From the NCBI GenBank assembly GCA_963758495.1, contig CAVWVI010000004.1:448001-512000 (forward strand): a stretch of DNA of 64,000 nt, read 5' to 3'. Made by a program: the position numbers and the translations under genes. The DNA is from Oligoflexia bacterium (GTDB lineage: Bacteria; Bdellovibrionota; UBA1018). Below the pieces are notes generated by a model. It did not search any database. It saw only the letters and a program-made list of their open reading frames with translations, and was not told the origin of the DNA. This document shows, piece by piece, positions 39,747-49,465 of this stretch. The first letter of the stretch is position 1, and every line of letters begins with the position of its first letter.

Positions 39747-40502
39747 TCAGTTCAACATGAGTTCCGCAGTCAGGGCGGAGTGATCAGAAAGATCCCCCCA
39801 AGGCCGTCCACTCAAGCAACGAGCATGCTTTAATCGAAGCCCTCTGAAATAAATTCGATCCAGCCGGAACGCGGGCAACCAACTGGGGAAAGTTCTTGCG
39901 TGATAGCCATGAATTGAATGATAGGCCTCGCTGACATCAAGTCTTTTTTCAAGTACTGGAGAAGCCTTCCCTCGCCAATCATTGAAATCTCCTCCGATCA
40001 CCAAAGGTTCGTCATGCGGAACATGGGACTCAATTCGACTGCAAAGTCTCACTATTTGTTGGGCCCTTTCAGCCTCTAATAATCCCAAATGCACACAGAT
40101 TGCATGAAGGGGTTTCCTTTTACCAGGTATAGCAATCACGCCATGAAGAAGACCTCTCTTCTCCCATGAGTTTGTGGACACATCGATATTCTCATAAAAT
40201 AAAAAAGGATACTTACTCAAAATCGCATTTCCATGATGCCCCAGAGTATAGACAGCATTTTTTCCATAAGCATAGTGCGGCCAAAGTTCATGTGCCAAAA
40301 ACTCAAATTGGGGTTGTGACGGCCAGCCTTTTATATTTTTGCTATGTGCTTCATGCTCACCCTGAACCTCTTGAAGAAAAATAAGTTCAGGATGTACCGA
40401 GTGGAGAGCTTCACGAATTTTTTTTAGAGTAAATTGACCATTACCTGAATTGAACCCCTTATGTATATTATATGAAATAACTCTTACCCGTAATTTTTCC
40501 AT
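39747..40502 (-). CDS. Endonuclease/exonuclease/phosphatase family protein (YbhP-like)
   Basis: SYNIHKG, LQEVQG, GDFNDW, LDRIY, LSDH. Confidence 0.9.
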   Translation of the reverse strand: MEKLRVRVISYNIHKGFNSGNGQFTLKKIREALHSVHPELIFLQEVQGEHEAHSKNIKGWPSQPQFEFLAHELWPHYAYGKNAVYTLGHHGNAILSKYPFLFYENIDVSTNSWEKRGLLHGVIAIPGKRKPLHAICVHLGLLEAERAQQIVRLCSRIESHVPHDEPLVIGGDFNDWRGKASPVLEKRLDVSEAYHSIHGYHARTFPSWLPAFRLDRIYFRGLRLKHARCLSGRPWGDLSDHSALTAELMLN

Positions 40503-42544
40503 AATTTAATTACAATTCTCCCTACGCTCATTAAAAATATTATTACAAATATATATCCAGCGTTGCGCTTAATTGGTTCTAAAATCAAGAGTGGAATGAT
40601 GTAATGAACTCCCAAATAAAACCAAAAAGGAAGAATATACAAAACAGCAGAAAAAAAAATGACTGTACCTAAAAGATACCAAGGGAACGGCACCCAAAAT
40701 AACCCCTGATATGCAATTTTGGACCGAATACTTACTCTTGGGTCAGAAAGCATGGACACAAGAGTGGAAAATTTTCGAAGTCCCATTCTCTCCGATAGCC
40801 ATTTTGGAGCCGCTTCGCGATAAAACCGAGCTGCTGAAATTGGAAAAGCTCTTACTAAGCTATACCCCACAAAAGAAGCCACCCAGAAAGATGCCACGCT
40901 AATTCGGGCAGCGCGATCAGGACCTAGATGTAACATCGCCAAAACTTCTAGAAAAATAAAAGGCACCGGCAAAAGCCATACTGAAGACATAAAAATTATA
41001 TATAAAACTGACCAATCCCCCCATCCCTTCAAAACTCCCGTAACGCTCCAGGCGATTACAATTTCCAATCCCCAAACAAGCATGAGAGCATCAACTAAAA
41101 ATAGAAAATGCCTTCGGGCTAACCGGGTCCCCTTCCATTTAATAAAATAAAACCACGGTAAGGGTGGATCAAAAAATATTTCCCAGGGTAGCCCTCGAAA
41201 ATATTCTAATTTTTTACTCATGTGCTCCAACATAATTTTGGGTTTACATTCTCTAAAAAGAATCCCTGAACGAGCGCCATTTTGATCTAGATTCCAATGA
41301 CTCAATACCTTTTCTGCAACTCGCCGAATATGGCTCCGCTCAAACACAGTTTTTGCTTCAAATGTAAGATGAATTTCAGTATCAATGCGAAGCGCACGAG
41401 ATGCAAAATTTGCAGAACCTATTCCAAGGAATTTGTCATCGATCACAATAATTTTTGAATGAATATAAATAGGTCTCGGTGGTAAACTAATTTCGGCTAA
41501 AGGAGCCCGCGCATACGGAAATCCCATAATTAATTTAATTCCTGAATAATTTGCTGCAATCTGCAGTTTATTTAATAACTCAAGCTCATAGGCCATCATA
41601 TAACGTGTCCACGACCGAATCGGCTGTAAATCCGCAAGAACTAAAATAATCTCAAAATCTTTTCCCTTCATTTGATGAATTTTTGAAATCAACAGATCAT
41701 TTACTATTTGCGACCAATAATATTGACCTTCAAGAATAATTCGATTCTCTGCGGCCTGGATCAGATCCCTAAATAAAAATTCCACTTCTCGGACCATTGA
41801 ACTCCCTCGTAATGGGTGCTCAACTTGCGCAATAGTCCGACTCAAGTAAACACTATGGCCTATAGAATCACTTGAAAGAACTTTAAATGAATACGAATCT
41901 GGAAATGAAATAGACGAAAGTGCTCGCCATCGAGCCGCAATATGATCATGGATCCCCGCACAAATTGGCCCTGTCACTTGTACTGCTAAGTCATGATAAG
42001 GACCATGATGCTCGCCGCTCCAATTTAAGGATCGACGAGGATCCATATAGAGATGCTGTGGACTATCCCAACGTTCATCACAAAGATCAATACCGCCACA
42101 AAGAGCCGTTTTTCCATCAAACAAACATATTTTCTCATGATGAGATCCCCCAATAGGGTGCTTGTTATCAAAAATAAAATGAACACGTGGATGAATATCT
42201 TCCCAGATACGCCCCTGCCAAATTTCTCTTTCAAGAACATAAAAGTAGGCATGATCCCAAATCAAAAAATAAACCCTAAATCCGGGCTTTTCCTGACAAA
42301 GTCGAATCACCTTTTCACGAAGAGTTTCTTTAGGTAAAGCTTGAAAACTCTGACCTTTCCGAAGAGGTCTTTTCAAACATAATCTAGAATCAATTTGCCA
42401 TCCTACAAAAATAGCATATTCAGTGGCATCTTCCAGAAGTTCAGATACTCGGTCGTAGTAAGGACCTGCCTCCCAAATCTCTTCCCATGAGTTTGCTGCT
42501 GCAATCCGATTAAAAGCACGTGCTGAAAGTAGGTTTGAATTCAC
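40484..42544 (-). CDS. Phospholipase D family protein with C-terminal membrane (DedA/VTT-like) region
   Basis: Two HKD motifs (HEKICLFD, HSKIIVID), GSANF, multi-TM C-terminus. Confidence 0.85.
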   Translation of the reverse strand: MNSNLLSARAFNRIAAANSWEEIWEAGPYYDRVSELLEDATEYAIFVGWQIDSRLCLKRPLRKGQSFQALPKETLREKVIRLCQEKPGFRVYFLIWDHAYFYVLEREIWQGRIWEDIHPRVHFIFDNKHPIGGSHHEKICLFDGKTALCGGIDLCDERWDSPQHLYMDPRRSLNWSGEHHGPYHDLAVQVTGPICAGIHDHIAARWRALSSISFPDSYSFKVLSSDSIGHSVYLSRTIAQVEHPLRGSSMVREVEFLFRDLIQAAENRIILEGQYYWSQIVNDLLISKIHQMKGKDFEIILVLADLQPIRSWTRYMMAYELELLNKLQIAANYSGIKLIMGFPYARAPLAEISLPPRPIYIHSKIIVIDDKFLGIGSANFASRALRIDTEIHLTFEAKTVFERSHIRRVAEKVLSHWNLDQNGARSGILFRECKPKIMLEHMSKKLEYFRGLPWEIFFDPPLPWFYFIKWKGTRLARRHFLFLVDALMLVWGLEIVIAWSVTGVLKGWGDWSVLYIIFMSSVWLLPVPFIFLEVLAMLHLGPDRAARISVASFWVASFVGYSLVRAFPISAARFYREAAPKWLSERMGLRKFSTLVSMLSDPRVSIRSKIAYQGLFWVPFPWYLLGTVIFFSAVLYILPFWFYLGVHYIIPLLILEPIKRNAGYIFVIIFLMSVGRIVIKLWKNYG

Positions 42545-42559
42545 GAAAACAAATTATAT

Positions 42560-42733
42560 CTAGTATTTTTTCCAATACTCAGGCGCAAGAACCCCAAGAA
42601 AACTAATAATAGAAAGTGCAAGAAATACAAAAAGTAAAAATCGACCTTGTTCGAAAGAAACAGCAGACCCATCCCATCCTAACATTATTGCAAATAAACC
42701 AGCCAGGAGAAATCCGATGGATACTCGCACCAT
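42560..42733 (-). CDS. DUF1328-like small membrane protein
   Basis: 57-aa two-TM protein (RFLLFVFLALSIISFL); GGAGG RBS. Confidence 0.65.
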   Translation of the reverse strand: MVRVSIGFLLAGLFAIMLGWDGSAVSFEQGRFLLFVFLALSIISFLGVLAPEYWKKY

Positions 42734-42757
42734 GATATTGCCCTCCACACAAGAGGC

Positions 42758-42773
42758 AGCAAACCTCATGCCC
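42758..42773 (-). promoter_or_regulatory. Putative sigma54 promoter
   Basis: Minus strand GGGCATGAGGTTTGCT, GG-N10-GC, placed just ahead of the RBS. Confidence 0.6.
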
Positions 42774-42788
42774 AGAAAGAAAAAATTC

Positions 42789-43154
42789 TTATGCTGCACC
42801 TTGGGAGCCTGCGGCTTGGAGGATCACTTGAGCAAGTTGTTCGATAGTATAAGGCTTCCCCAAAAACCAGGCACCTGGTAAATGACGAGCTCGGCTTTCA
42901 CCTTGTTGAGCCGCTGAAAGAACTACGGTGGGAGGCACCCGACTGAAAGTTGCAAGAATATTTTGATAAACGTCTTCGCCGCTCATACCTTGAAGAGTTA
43001 AATCTAATAGCATCACGTCAGGCCAACTTTGAGATAGGTAATCTAAAACCTTTTCTCCTTTATCTATCAAATCGGCTTGATGTCCATAGGCTTCCAGAAC
43101 CATTCCCAAGGTCTCTCGGATCGAAGAATCATCTTCAACTACTAAAACCCGCAT
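42789..43154 (-). CDS. Single-domain response regulator
   Basis: VLVVEDD, LLDLTL, VLSA, KPY receiver motifs. Confidence 0.9.
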   Translation of the reverse strand: MRVLVVEDDSSIRETLGMVLEAYGHQADLIDKGEKVLDYLSQSWPDVMLLDLTLQGMSGEDVYQNILATFSRVPPTVVLSAAQQGESRARHLPGAWFLGKPYTIEQLAQVILQAAGSQGAA

Positions 43155-43206
43155 TCAACCTCCTATTTCCAGTTTGTAAAAATACTGAATAAATCAAGAA
43201 TAGAAC

Positions 43207-43221
43207 TCGACACAGTGTCGA
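43207..43221. promoter_or_regulatory. Palindromic putative operator
   Basis: TCGACAC-A-GTGTCGA perfect 7-bp inverted repeat in a divergent intergenic region. Confidence 0.4.
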
Positions 43222-43277
43222 ACTTTTTGCATATTTAAAGCCAATTTTCTAAGCATCTATATTAAGAAAGGTAAATT

Positions 43278-44672
43278 ATGTCAACACACCGCGAAGAACA
43301 CGATTCTTTAGGAAACGTGAAAGTCCCAGCTCATGTACTCTATGGAGCACAAACTTTGAGAGCAATCGAGAACTATCCCATTTCAGGTCGCACAGCTCAT
43401 CCATCGCTCATTCGAGCTTACCTGCGAATTAAATCTGCAGCAGCCGCGGCAAATCTGAAATACCAAGTATTAGAAGCAAAGAACTCTCAACTCATCACTG
43501 AAGCCGTAGAAGAGCTTTTGAAATATCCTGAAAAAGACTGGCCACAAATATTTCCTGTTGATCCCTATCAAGCTGGCGCGGGTACGAGCCAAAATATGAA
43601 TATAAATGAAGTAGTGGCAAACGTAGCCAATCGAATTGCAAACCACCCTCTTGGAAGCTACAGCCCGATTCACCCTAATGACCATGTCAATCGATCTCAA
43701 TCAACCAATGACAGCTTTCCAACCGCAATGAGGTTGGCGATTTTAGAAACCTCAAAATCACTCTCCCAGGCACTCCATGAACTTTCGAAGGCTTTTAATG
43801 AAAAAGCGAAAAAGTGGCAGATGATTCCAAAATCAGCCAGAACCCATCTGCAAGATGCCGTACCGATGACTCTAGGTCAGGAATTTTCTGCATATAGTGT
43901 AACAATTGAAAAATGCGCTCAATGGATTGATGATGGCAGAAATGCGATCAGAGAATTAGGCATCGGCGGAAGTGCTGCCGGCACTGGCTTAACCGTTCCT
44001 AAAGGTTATGCTGAAACCATAGTCTCTGAACTGGAAAAACTCACAGGTGAAAAATTAAGGTTATCCAAAAATCTCTGTGAAGCCATGCAATCTCAATCTC
44101 CAGTGACTTACTATTCATCCATGTTAAGACTGGTCGCAATTGAAATGACCCGAATCTGCAATGATCTTAGACTGATGGCATCAGGTCCTATGACCGGCTT
44201 AGCTGAAATTCTACTTCCTGCAGTACAGCCAGGCAGCAGCATTATGCCTGGCAAAGTAAATCCATCTATTCTCGAAATGGCGAACCAAACTTGGTTTTCT
44301 GTATTAGGTTATGATCAGACCGTGATTTTTTCAGGACAAGCCGGACAACTTGAACTCAATGTAATGATGCCTATTATGGCCTATTCTATGCTGGAAGCTA
44401 CACATGTCGCAACTCACACCCTAGAAGTGTTAAGGAAGCGTTGCATTGTAGGACTTGAACCTAATGAACCCCGTCTCAAACGATATTTCGAAAGCACACC
44501 TCAAACCGCAACTGCCCTCAGCCCAAAACTAGGGTATGAAAAGACGGCTAAATTAGTTTCGGAATCTCTAGAAAAAGGAATATCCGTGATTGATTTAGTA
44601 CGCGAAAAAGGCTTAATCCCCGAGGAGGAGCTAAAATCTCTCTTGGACATCCGTGCTTTGACGGGACTTTAA
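43278..44672 (+). CDS. aspA: Aspartate ammonia-lyase (fumarase/aspartase family)
   Basis: GSSIMPGKVNP, HPNDHVNRSQSTND, QTLRAIENYPISG. fumC is not excluded. Confidence 0.75.
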   Translation: MSTHREEHDSLGNVKVPAHVLYGAQTLRAIENYPISGRTAHPSLIRAYLRIKSAAAAANLKYQVLEAKNSQLITEAVEELLKYPEKDWPQIFPVDPYQAGAGTSQNMNINEVVANVANRIANHPLGSYSPIHPNDHVNRSQSTNDSFPTAMRLAILETSKSLSQALHELSKAFNEKAKKWQMIPKSARTHLQDAVPMTLGQEFSAYSVTIEKCAQWIDDGRNAIRELGIGGSAAGTGLTVPKGYAETIVSELEKLTGEKLRLSKNLCEAMQSQSPVTYYSSMLRLVAIEMTRICNDLRLMASGPMTGLAEILLPAVQPGSSIMPGKVNPSILEMANQTWFSVLGYDQTVIFSGQAGQLELNVMMPIMAYSMLEATHVATHTLEVLRKRCIVGLEPNEPRLKRYFESTPQTATALSPKLGYEKTAKLVSESLEKGISVIDLVREKGLIPEEELKSLLDIRALTGL

Positions 44673-45689
44673 TTCATCATGGACGGAGATTTCAACATCA
44701 TCCATTGAGTCTCCGTCTTCTTCAAATTCAAGTTCCGGTTTAGCATCAGAACTGCATCCAGGTTGACCAGGGCCATTACCAATTCGAATATGAAGATGGT
44801 TACCATGTCCCGGCATATGACGAATGAACCGTTGGTAAACTTTCCACTCAGGGTCTTTCATTGCAAATTTGGAAAGCGCCCGAATATGGCGTCGATCTAA
44901 AAAAACCGCCTTAATACATGCAAAAGGATTCTTAAAAATCTTTTTCAAAAGCCACCAATTTGTGACCGAATCAAATTGACGATGGAACTTGATAGGTGAT
45001 GTACTGTTCTTATTCACAGTTAAAAAACCAATATCTGCATCTTGTCCTGAAGTATGAGAAGCATGCCCTTTTTTACAACCGCCTCTAGGAGCTGAGATAT
45101 TTCCAATGACTAAATTCACGCCAGATAGAGAGGGGCCCGAGTAGTTTTTGCTAATTTCACGGCCTACCCACTCCAACATTCCAGCCATCGCATCCGTACC
45201 AAAATTTAAGCATTTCTGAGGAGACTGAATGATGAGTCGGTTCACAGAACTCGGAATCACTCTACGACCATAAGCCAAAAAACCGTTATTTACAGTACAG
45301 TAAGCTTGATCACCCCGTTTACCCATTTCTTGTGTCAATAAGCTGAGAATATCTCCTAATTTACCCGATGTAGCGGCGGCAGAATACTCCATCTGCTCCG
45401 CTGTCATTTCATCACAATAACTGGCTTTAATACGCTTCGGGGAACAGCGCCCTCCCTTTGACCGCTTCTTCCTTCCTGGCACTCGCGCCCTTCCACAGCA
45501 CTTATTCCCATTAAAAATAAAATCGGGGCTCCATTTTGAGCAAAACTGTGGAGAAGGTTCAGATGAAAAAACCGGCTTCATGAACTCAGATTCGGGAGAA
45601 CAAGGCGGAAAAATAGGCAAAGTTTCAGCCAAACGTGTCGCAGCCTGTGCTGACACGCATTGAAATAAAAGGATTAAAATTGAAAGCAC
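44631..45689 (-). CDS. mepA: Penicillin-insensitive murein endopeptidase (MepA family)
   Basis: GNISAPRGG, HASHTSGQDAD, HGNHLHIR; signal peptide. Confidence 0.8.
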   Translation of the reverse strand: MLSILILLFQCVSAQAATRLAETLPIFPPCSPESEFMKPVFSSEPSPQFCSKWSPDFIFNGNKCCGRARVPGRKKRSKGGRCSPKRIKASYCDEMTAEQMEYSAAATSGKLGDILSLLTQEMGKRGDQAYCTVNNGFLAYGRRVIPSSVNRLIIQSPQKCLNFGTDAMAGMLEWVGREISKNYSGPSLSGVNLVIGNISAPRGGCKKGHASHTSGQDADIGFLTVNKNSTSPIKFHRQFDSVTNWWLLKKIFKNPFACIKAVFLDRRHIRALSKFAMKDPEWKVYQRFIRHMPGHGNHLHIRIGNGPGQPGCSSDAKPELEFEEDGDSMDDVEISVHDELKSRQSTDVQERF

Positions 45690-45838
45690 CTACTGACAAT
45701 AAGAAGGAAATGGTTCAGAGTCAACCCTATCGTCAAAACTAACTATTCATGATAGGGTCAAAAGTTTATAGGAAAATTCTATGCCAGACAGTAATGAACC
45801 CAACGAATATAATGACGAATATAATGACGAATATAATA

Positions 45839-46171
45839 ATGAATAGTAATAGTAATAATAATAAAAATGACGAATATTATTACCTGAACCCAGAAGATGT
45901 GGATCCGGTTCGAATTAAGAAAGAACGAGAAAAAGCTCGAAAATTAAAAAAATCTCAATGGTGGCTCAGATTGCTCAATCAAGGCCTATGTCATTATTGT
46001 CAAAAAAAGTTTCCTTCCTCTCAATTGACGATGGACCATGTAGTCCCATTAGCTCGCGGTGGAGAAAGCAAGCCTGGAAATATTGTACCCGCTTGTTCAG
46101 ATTGTAATCGTAATAAAAAACTGGCCACCCCTGTGGACTTGCTTTTGAGAAAAATAGACGAGGAAAGTTGA
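45839..46171 (+). CDS. Small HNH endonuclease
   Basis: CHYC...TMDHVVPLARGG...NIVPACSDCN. Start uncertain because of upstream 12-bp repeats (45803-45838). Confidence 0.85.
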   Translation: MNSNSNNNKNDEYYYLNPEDVDPVRIKKEREKARKLKKSQWWLRLLNQGLCHYCQKKFPSSQLTMDHVVPLARGGESKPGNIVPACSDCNRNKKLATPVDLLLRKIDEES

Positions 46172-46203
46172 GCAAGGAAAGTTGAACGAGGAAAAGAATA
46201 GTC

Positions 46204-47226
46204 ATGCCTGAATCCAATCAAGGTTTTTTTTATGCGCTGACGCCGGATCGCGTATTAGATGCGGTAGAGACCTTCAACCTAAAATGCACGGGCCGCTGTA
46301 TCACTCTGAATAGCTTTGAAAATCGAGTCTATGATGTCGAACTCGAAAGTGAAGAAGAATCATCTTTAAAACATTTAGCCGCTCACAGAAGAATCGTGAA
46401 GTTTTATCGCCCAGAAAGATGGAGCCCAGAGCAGATTCTAGAAGAACATGAATTTTTAACCGACTTAAAAGAAGCAGAAATCCCTGTCATTTCTCCCTTA
46501 CTTTTTCCTGATGAAAAAACCCTTCAATGCACTCCTGAAAGTAAAATCTGGTTTGCACTTTTTCCAAAAGTAGGAGGGCGAGCGCCTAGTGAACTTTCTG
46601 ATGAACAATTGATTCGGGTCGGTCGCCTTCTCGGACGAATTCATAATGTAGGGGCTTCAAAAACTGCCAAGCATCGCTTTTCATTAACACCGACTACTTA
46701 TGGACATTCAAACCTTGATTTCCTACTCAGCGGAAATTGGATCCCTCTTGAATTTCAAAAAAGATATCAAACAGCGGTTGAAACGATTTGCAAAACCAGT
46801 CAACCCTGGTTTGATGAAACACCCATCCAACGGATTCACGGAGATTGTCACTTAGGCAATCTTCTTTGGAATGATTCAGGTCCATTCTTTTTGGATTTTG
46901 ACGACATGGTGATGGGCCCCGAGGTTCAAGACATTTGGCTACTCGTTCCAGGACGAGATCAGGAATCTCTTCTTCAAAGAGAAGTATTATTAGAAGGCTA
47001 TCGCGAATTTCGCAACTTCCCTTCGATTCACCTTAGGTTAGTGGAACCTCTTCGCGCCCTCCGATTTGTGCATTATTCTGCCTGGATTGCCAGGCGATGG
47101 AGCGACCCCGCTTTTCCTCTCGCATTTCCTCAGTTCGGCTCACATGAATACTGGAGCAATGAAGTGAGAGACATGGAAGAACAGGTGCGGTTAGTGACGG
47201 AGATTTCTTCACTATCAGTTATTTAA
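46204..47226 (+). CDS. srkA: Stress response Ser/Thr kinase SrkA (YihE/RdoA)
   Basis: LNSFENRVY, KFYRPERW, HGDCHLGN, DFDD, WIARRWSDPAFP. Confidence 0.92.
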   Translation: MPESNQGFFYALTPDRVLDAVETFNLKCTGRCITLNSFENRVYDVELESEEESSLKHLAAHRRIVKFYRPERWSPEQILEEHEFLTDLKEAEIPVISPLLFPDEKTLQCTPESKIWFALFPKVGGRAPSELSDEQLIRVGRLLGRIHNVGASKTAKHRFSLTPTTYGHSNLDFLLSGNWIPLEFQKRYQTAVETICKTSQPWFDETPIQRIHGDCHLGNLLWNDSGPFFLDFDDMVMGPEVQDIWLLVPGRDQESLLQREVLLEGYREFRNFPSIHLRLVEPLRALRFVHYSAWIARRWSDPAFPLAFPQFGSHEYWSNEVRDMEEQVRLVTEISSLSVI

Positions 47227-47296
47227 AAACTAATGAACAGAGAATTGCGGCAATCAATCAAAAGTAATCACTAAAGCAACGGTTCAAGAACTTGGG

Positions 47297-47430
47297 TTAC
47301 GGCAGAATCACAAGGCGAAAACCCAGATTCTCACTGCGGAGTACCGGCCACACCCACCCAACGCGCCCAGCCGGCCGACAGTCCTGGGCACCAGTGCCCC
47401 AGTCGCCGCCCCGAATGACACGGATAACGC
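47297..47430 (-). other. DGR variable-region-like segment
   Basis: Sharp GC spike and coding-strand adenine depletion over the last ~40 codons; many variable-position codons are NNC/NNT. Confidence 0.55.
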
Positions 47431-49243
47431 CATAATTTGGCCCTTGCGGATCTTGAATAGGAATCAGAGTCCCATCCCTCCTTCGAGAGTTCCTTGAGTA
47501 AGATCCATACCACGAGTCAGACCACTCCAACACATTTCCTAATACGTCTTTCATTCCATAAGAGTTTACCGGTATTTCTGTAGTTCCTACCGGATGAACA
47601 TGACCTCCAGAGTTCTCAAAATACCAAGCATATTTCCTGAGTTGAGTTAGATCGGTGCCCCATGGATAGGTAGTTTGAGTGATCTTCTTTTCGTCATAAC
47701 TCAATCTCATATAATATTCCTGCTGAGCTTCCGTTGGAAGCTTCGCTCGAATCCCTTTTTTTTCCAGTTTTTGAATCACCTTTTGAGCGTCATCCCAATT
47801 CACATGTGTCATTGGACAAGTCAGACACTCCCTCCAGTTTGTAATCTCATGAGAGCCAGGATCTTCGCCTGTAATTTTATTCCACTGCTCCCGAGTCAGT
47901 TTCGTATCCATTACGAAAAAAGGGCTTAACTCTACCAGATGTTCCGTTTCACTATCGACTCGACCTCGGCGTCTTTCCTCTGCTGTGTCTGGAGTTCCCA
48001 TCGTAAACCTTCCACCAGGAAGTGCCACAACATGAATTCCAAATTCCGCCAGCTTCTGGTTCATTCTCTTTTCTGGATTGTTCATGTCATCCAGGAAGTC
48101 ATGCGCCGCCCGATGCCCTTGCTCGACCGCTTTCTTTAACCAATTCTTTGCTTGGGCTTCATCTCTAGGTACCTCAAACCCATCGGCATACATCACTCCA
48201 AGACCAAACTGGATCTGCATATCTCCCTCTTGAGCTGCCTTTAAACTGTCGCTCCAGTGCTTCTTGAGCCACTGAGATGCCAATTGAAAATCTTGAGCAA
48301 TCCAATCATTCCCATGCAAATAAATTTTTACCAGTGCTCGCTCTGCTTCTGCTAAATGAGAAAAGTGTTCGTCATGGGCATTTTTCCATATTTGCACGAA
48401 CTTTCGAAATCCACGGCGTTTCAAAGCTTCATGAGCCTGGGAGTTTCCACTTCTTGCGGCTTTCTCATACCATTCCGCCGCTTTCACAAAGTCCTGAGGA
48501 CACTCCTCCCCTTTTTCCATAGCTTGTCCCACTACAAATTGAGCTTCAGGATTTCCTGCTTCTGCCAGTTTCTCCGTAATCCGAATTCCCTTCTTCAGAA
48601 ATCTCTGGGCAACTTCAGGTAAACCCCTACTCTTAAATTCAGCCCCCTTCGCTATGTAAGCCTGACTGATTTCACCCAAACTCGCCATTCGTTCCGATCC
48701 ATTTCCTCCGTGCGGAATTTCACGAACCAAGTAAATAGAAATCGGATTCCCTTCCGTATGCAAAGTCATCATCGGATCAAAAATATATTCATATCCTGCA
48801 AAAGACCCATCCCACCGGACAGTGTCATCATGAATGCCTTCAAAAAGCTCACGCGTTTCCTGAGTTAACTTCACTGGATCAGCCGTTACGGGGTGAAGCG
48901 GAATCTTCTTTCCCTGCGACTCATCGCTTTGTGCTTGGACTAGCAACTTTTTACGATTATTTTGATCTCCTTGCCGCGTCCAAACAGAGAGTTCTCCCAG
49001 TCCAGTTCCCCTGACCTTCCAACCTTCAAAGTCATCTACATCAATCAAGACATCTGAGAAAAGCTGGACCACCGTTATTTCCGGAGCTTTAAGAGAAGAG
49101 TGACGGGCATGCGCACTTTGTGGGGTCGCAGTTGCTTGAGGCTCCGAACTTGAGGAGTTCTCAGCACCCATAGCGATCCCTGCCCAACAAAATACACTCA
49201 CGCCCAAAATCCCTAAGCCTCGGCAAATCAGTTTTATACCCAT
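47297..49243 (-). CDS. Secreted Sel1-repeat + FGE/SUMF1 (C-type lectin fold) protein, probable DGR target
   Basis: Signal peptide; Sel1 repeats (AQFVVGQAMEKG...QDFVKAAEWYEKAA; QFGLGVMYADG); FGE motifs LPTEAQQE, GNVLEW, VIRGG, GFRLV. Confidence 0.85.
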   Translation of the reverse strand: MGIKLICRGLGILGVSVFCWAGIAMGAENSSSSEPQATATPQSAHARHSSLKAPEITVVQLFSDVLIDVDDFEGWKVRGTGLGELSVWTRQGDQNNRKKLLVQAQSDESQGKKIPLHPVTADPVKLTQETRELFEGIHDDTVRWDGSFAGYEYIFDPMMTLHTEGNPISIYLVREIPHGGNGSERMASLGEISQAYIAKGAEFKSRGLPEVAQRFLKKGIRITEKLAEAGNPEAQFVVGQAMEKGEECPQDFVKAAEWYEKAARSGNSQAHEALKRRGFRKFVQIWKNAHDEHFSHLAEAERALVKIYLHGNDWIAQDFQLASQWLKKHWSDSLKAAQEGDMQIQFGLGVMYADGFEVPRDEAQAKNWLKKAVEQGHRAAHDFLDDMNNPEKRMNQKLAEFGIHVVALPGGRFTMGTPDTAEERRRGRVDSETEHLVELSPFFVMDTKLTREQWNKITGEDPGSHEITNWRECLTCPMTHVNWDDAQKVIQKLEKKGIRAKLPTEAQQEYYMRLSYDEKKITQTTYPWGTDLTQLRKYAWYFENSGGHVHPVGTTEIPVNSYGMKDVLGNVLEWSDSWYGSYSRNSRRRDGTLIPIQDPQGPNYGVIRVIRGGDWGTGAQDCRPAGRVGWVWPVLRSENLGFRLVILP

Positions 49244-49328
49244 ACTTCCCCTCAACCGTTATTATCGGTTGTCTCAAAACTAAGCTTGAGGACCATTGCA
49301 ACCTCTCAATAACTTTAGGAAAACTTAG

Positions 49329-49415
49329 ATGGAATTAGGCAAACGACCGATTGACAAAGGTATGGCTAAGCGAATTGCCAAGGACTTGAAGGTGGACTAC
49401 CGTATATTTCTATAG
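49329..49415 (+). pseudogene. C-terminal remnant of an XRE/HTH (antitoxin-like) gene
   Basis: Translates MELGKRPIDKGMAKRIAKDLKVDYRIFL*, resembling XRE-family C-termini; there is an in-frame stop immediately upstream. Confidence 0.6.
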
Positions 49416-49465
49416 ATATTTTATTCCTAAACTCAACGCTTAACGAATTACGGTTATACCTACCC

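Noticed and set aside
45839..46171. Small HNH as a third copy of the island HNH family or an IscB-like nuclease
   Set aside because: Different architecture: no N-terminal helical domain and no RuvC motifs, and it sits in backbone context.
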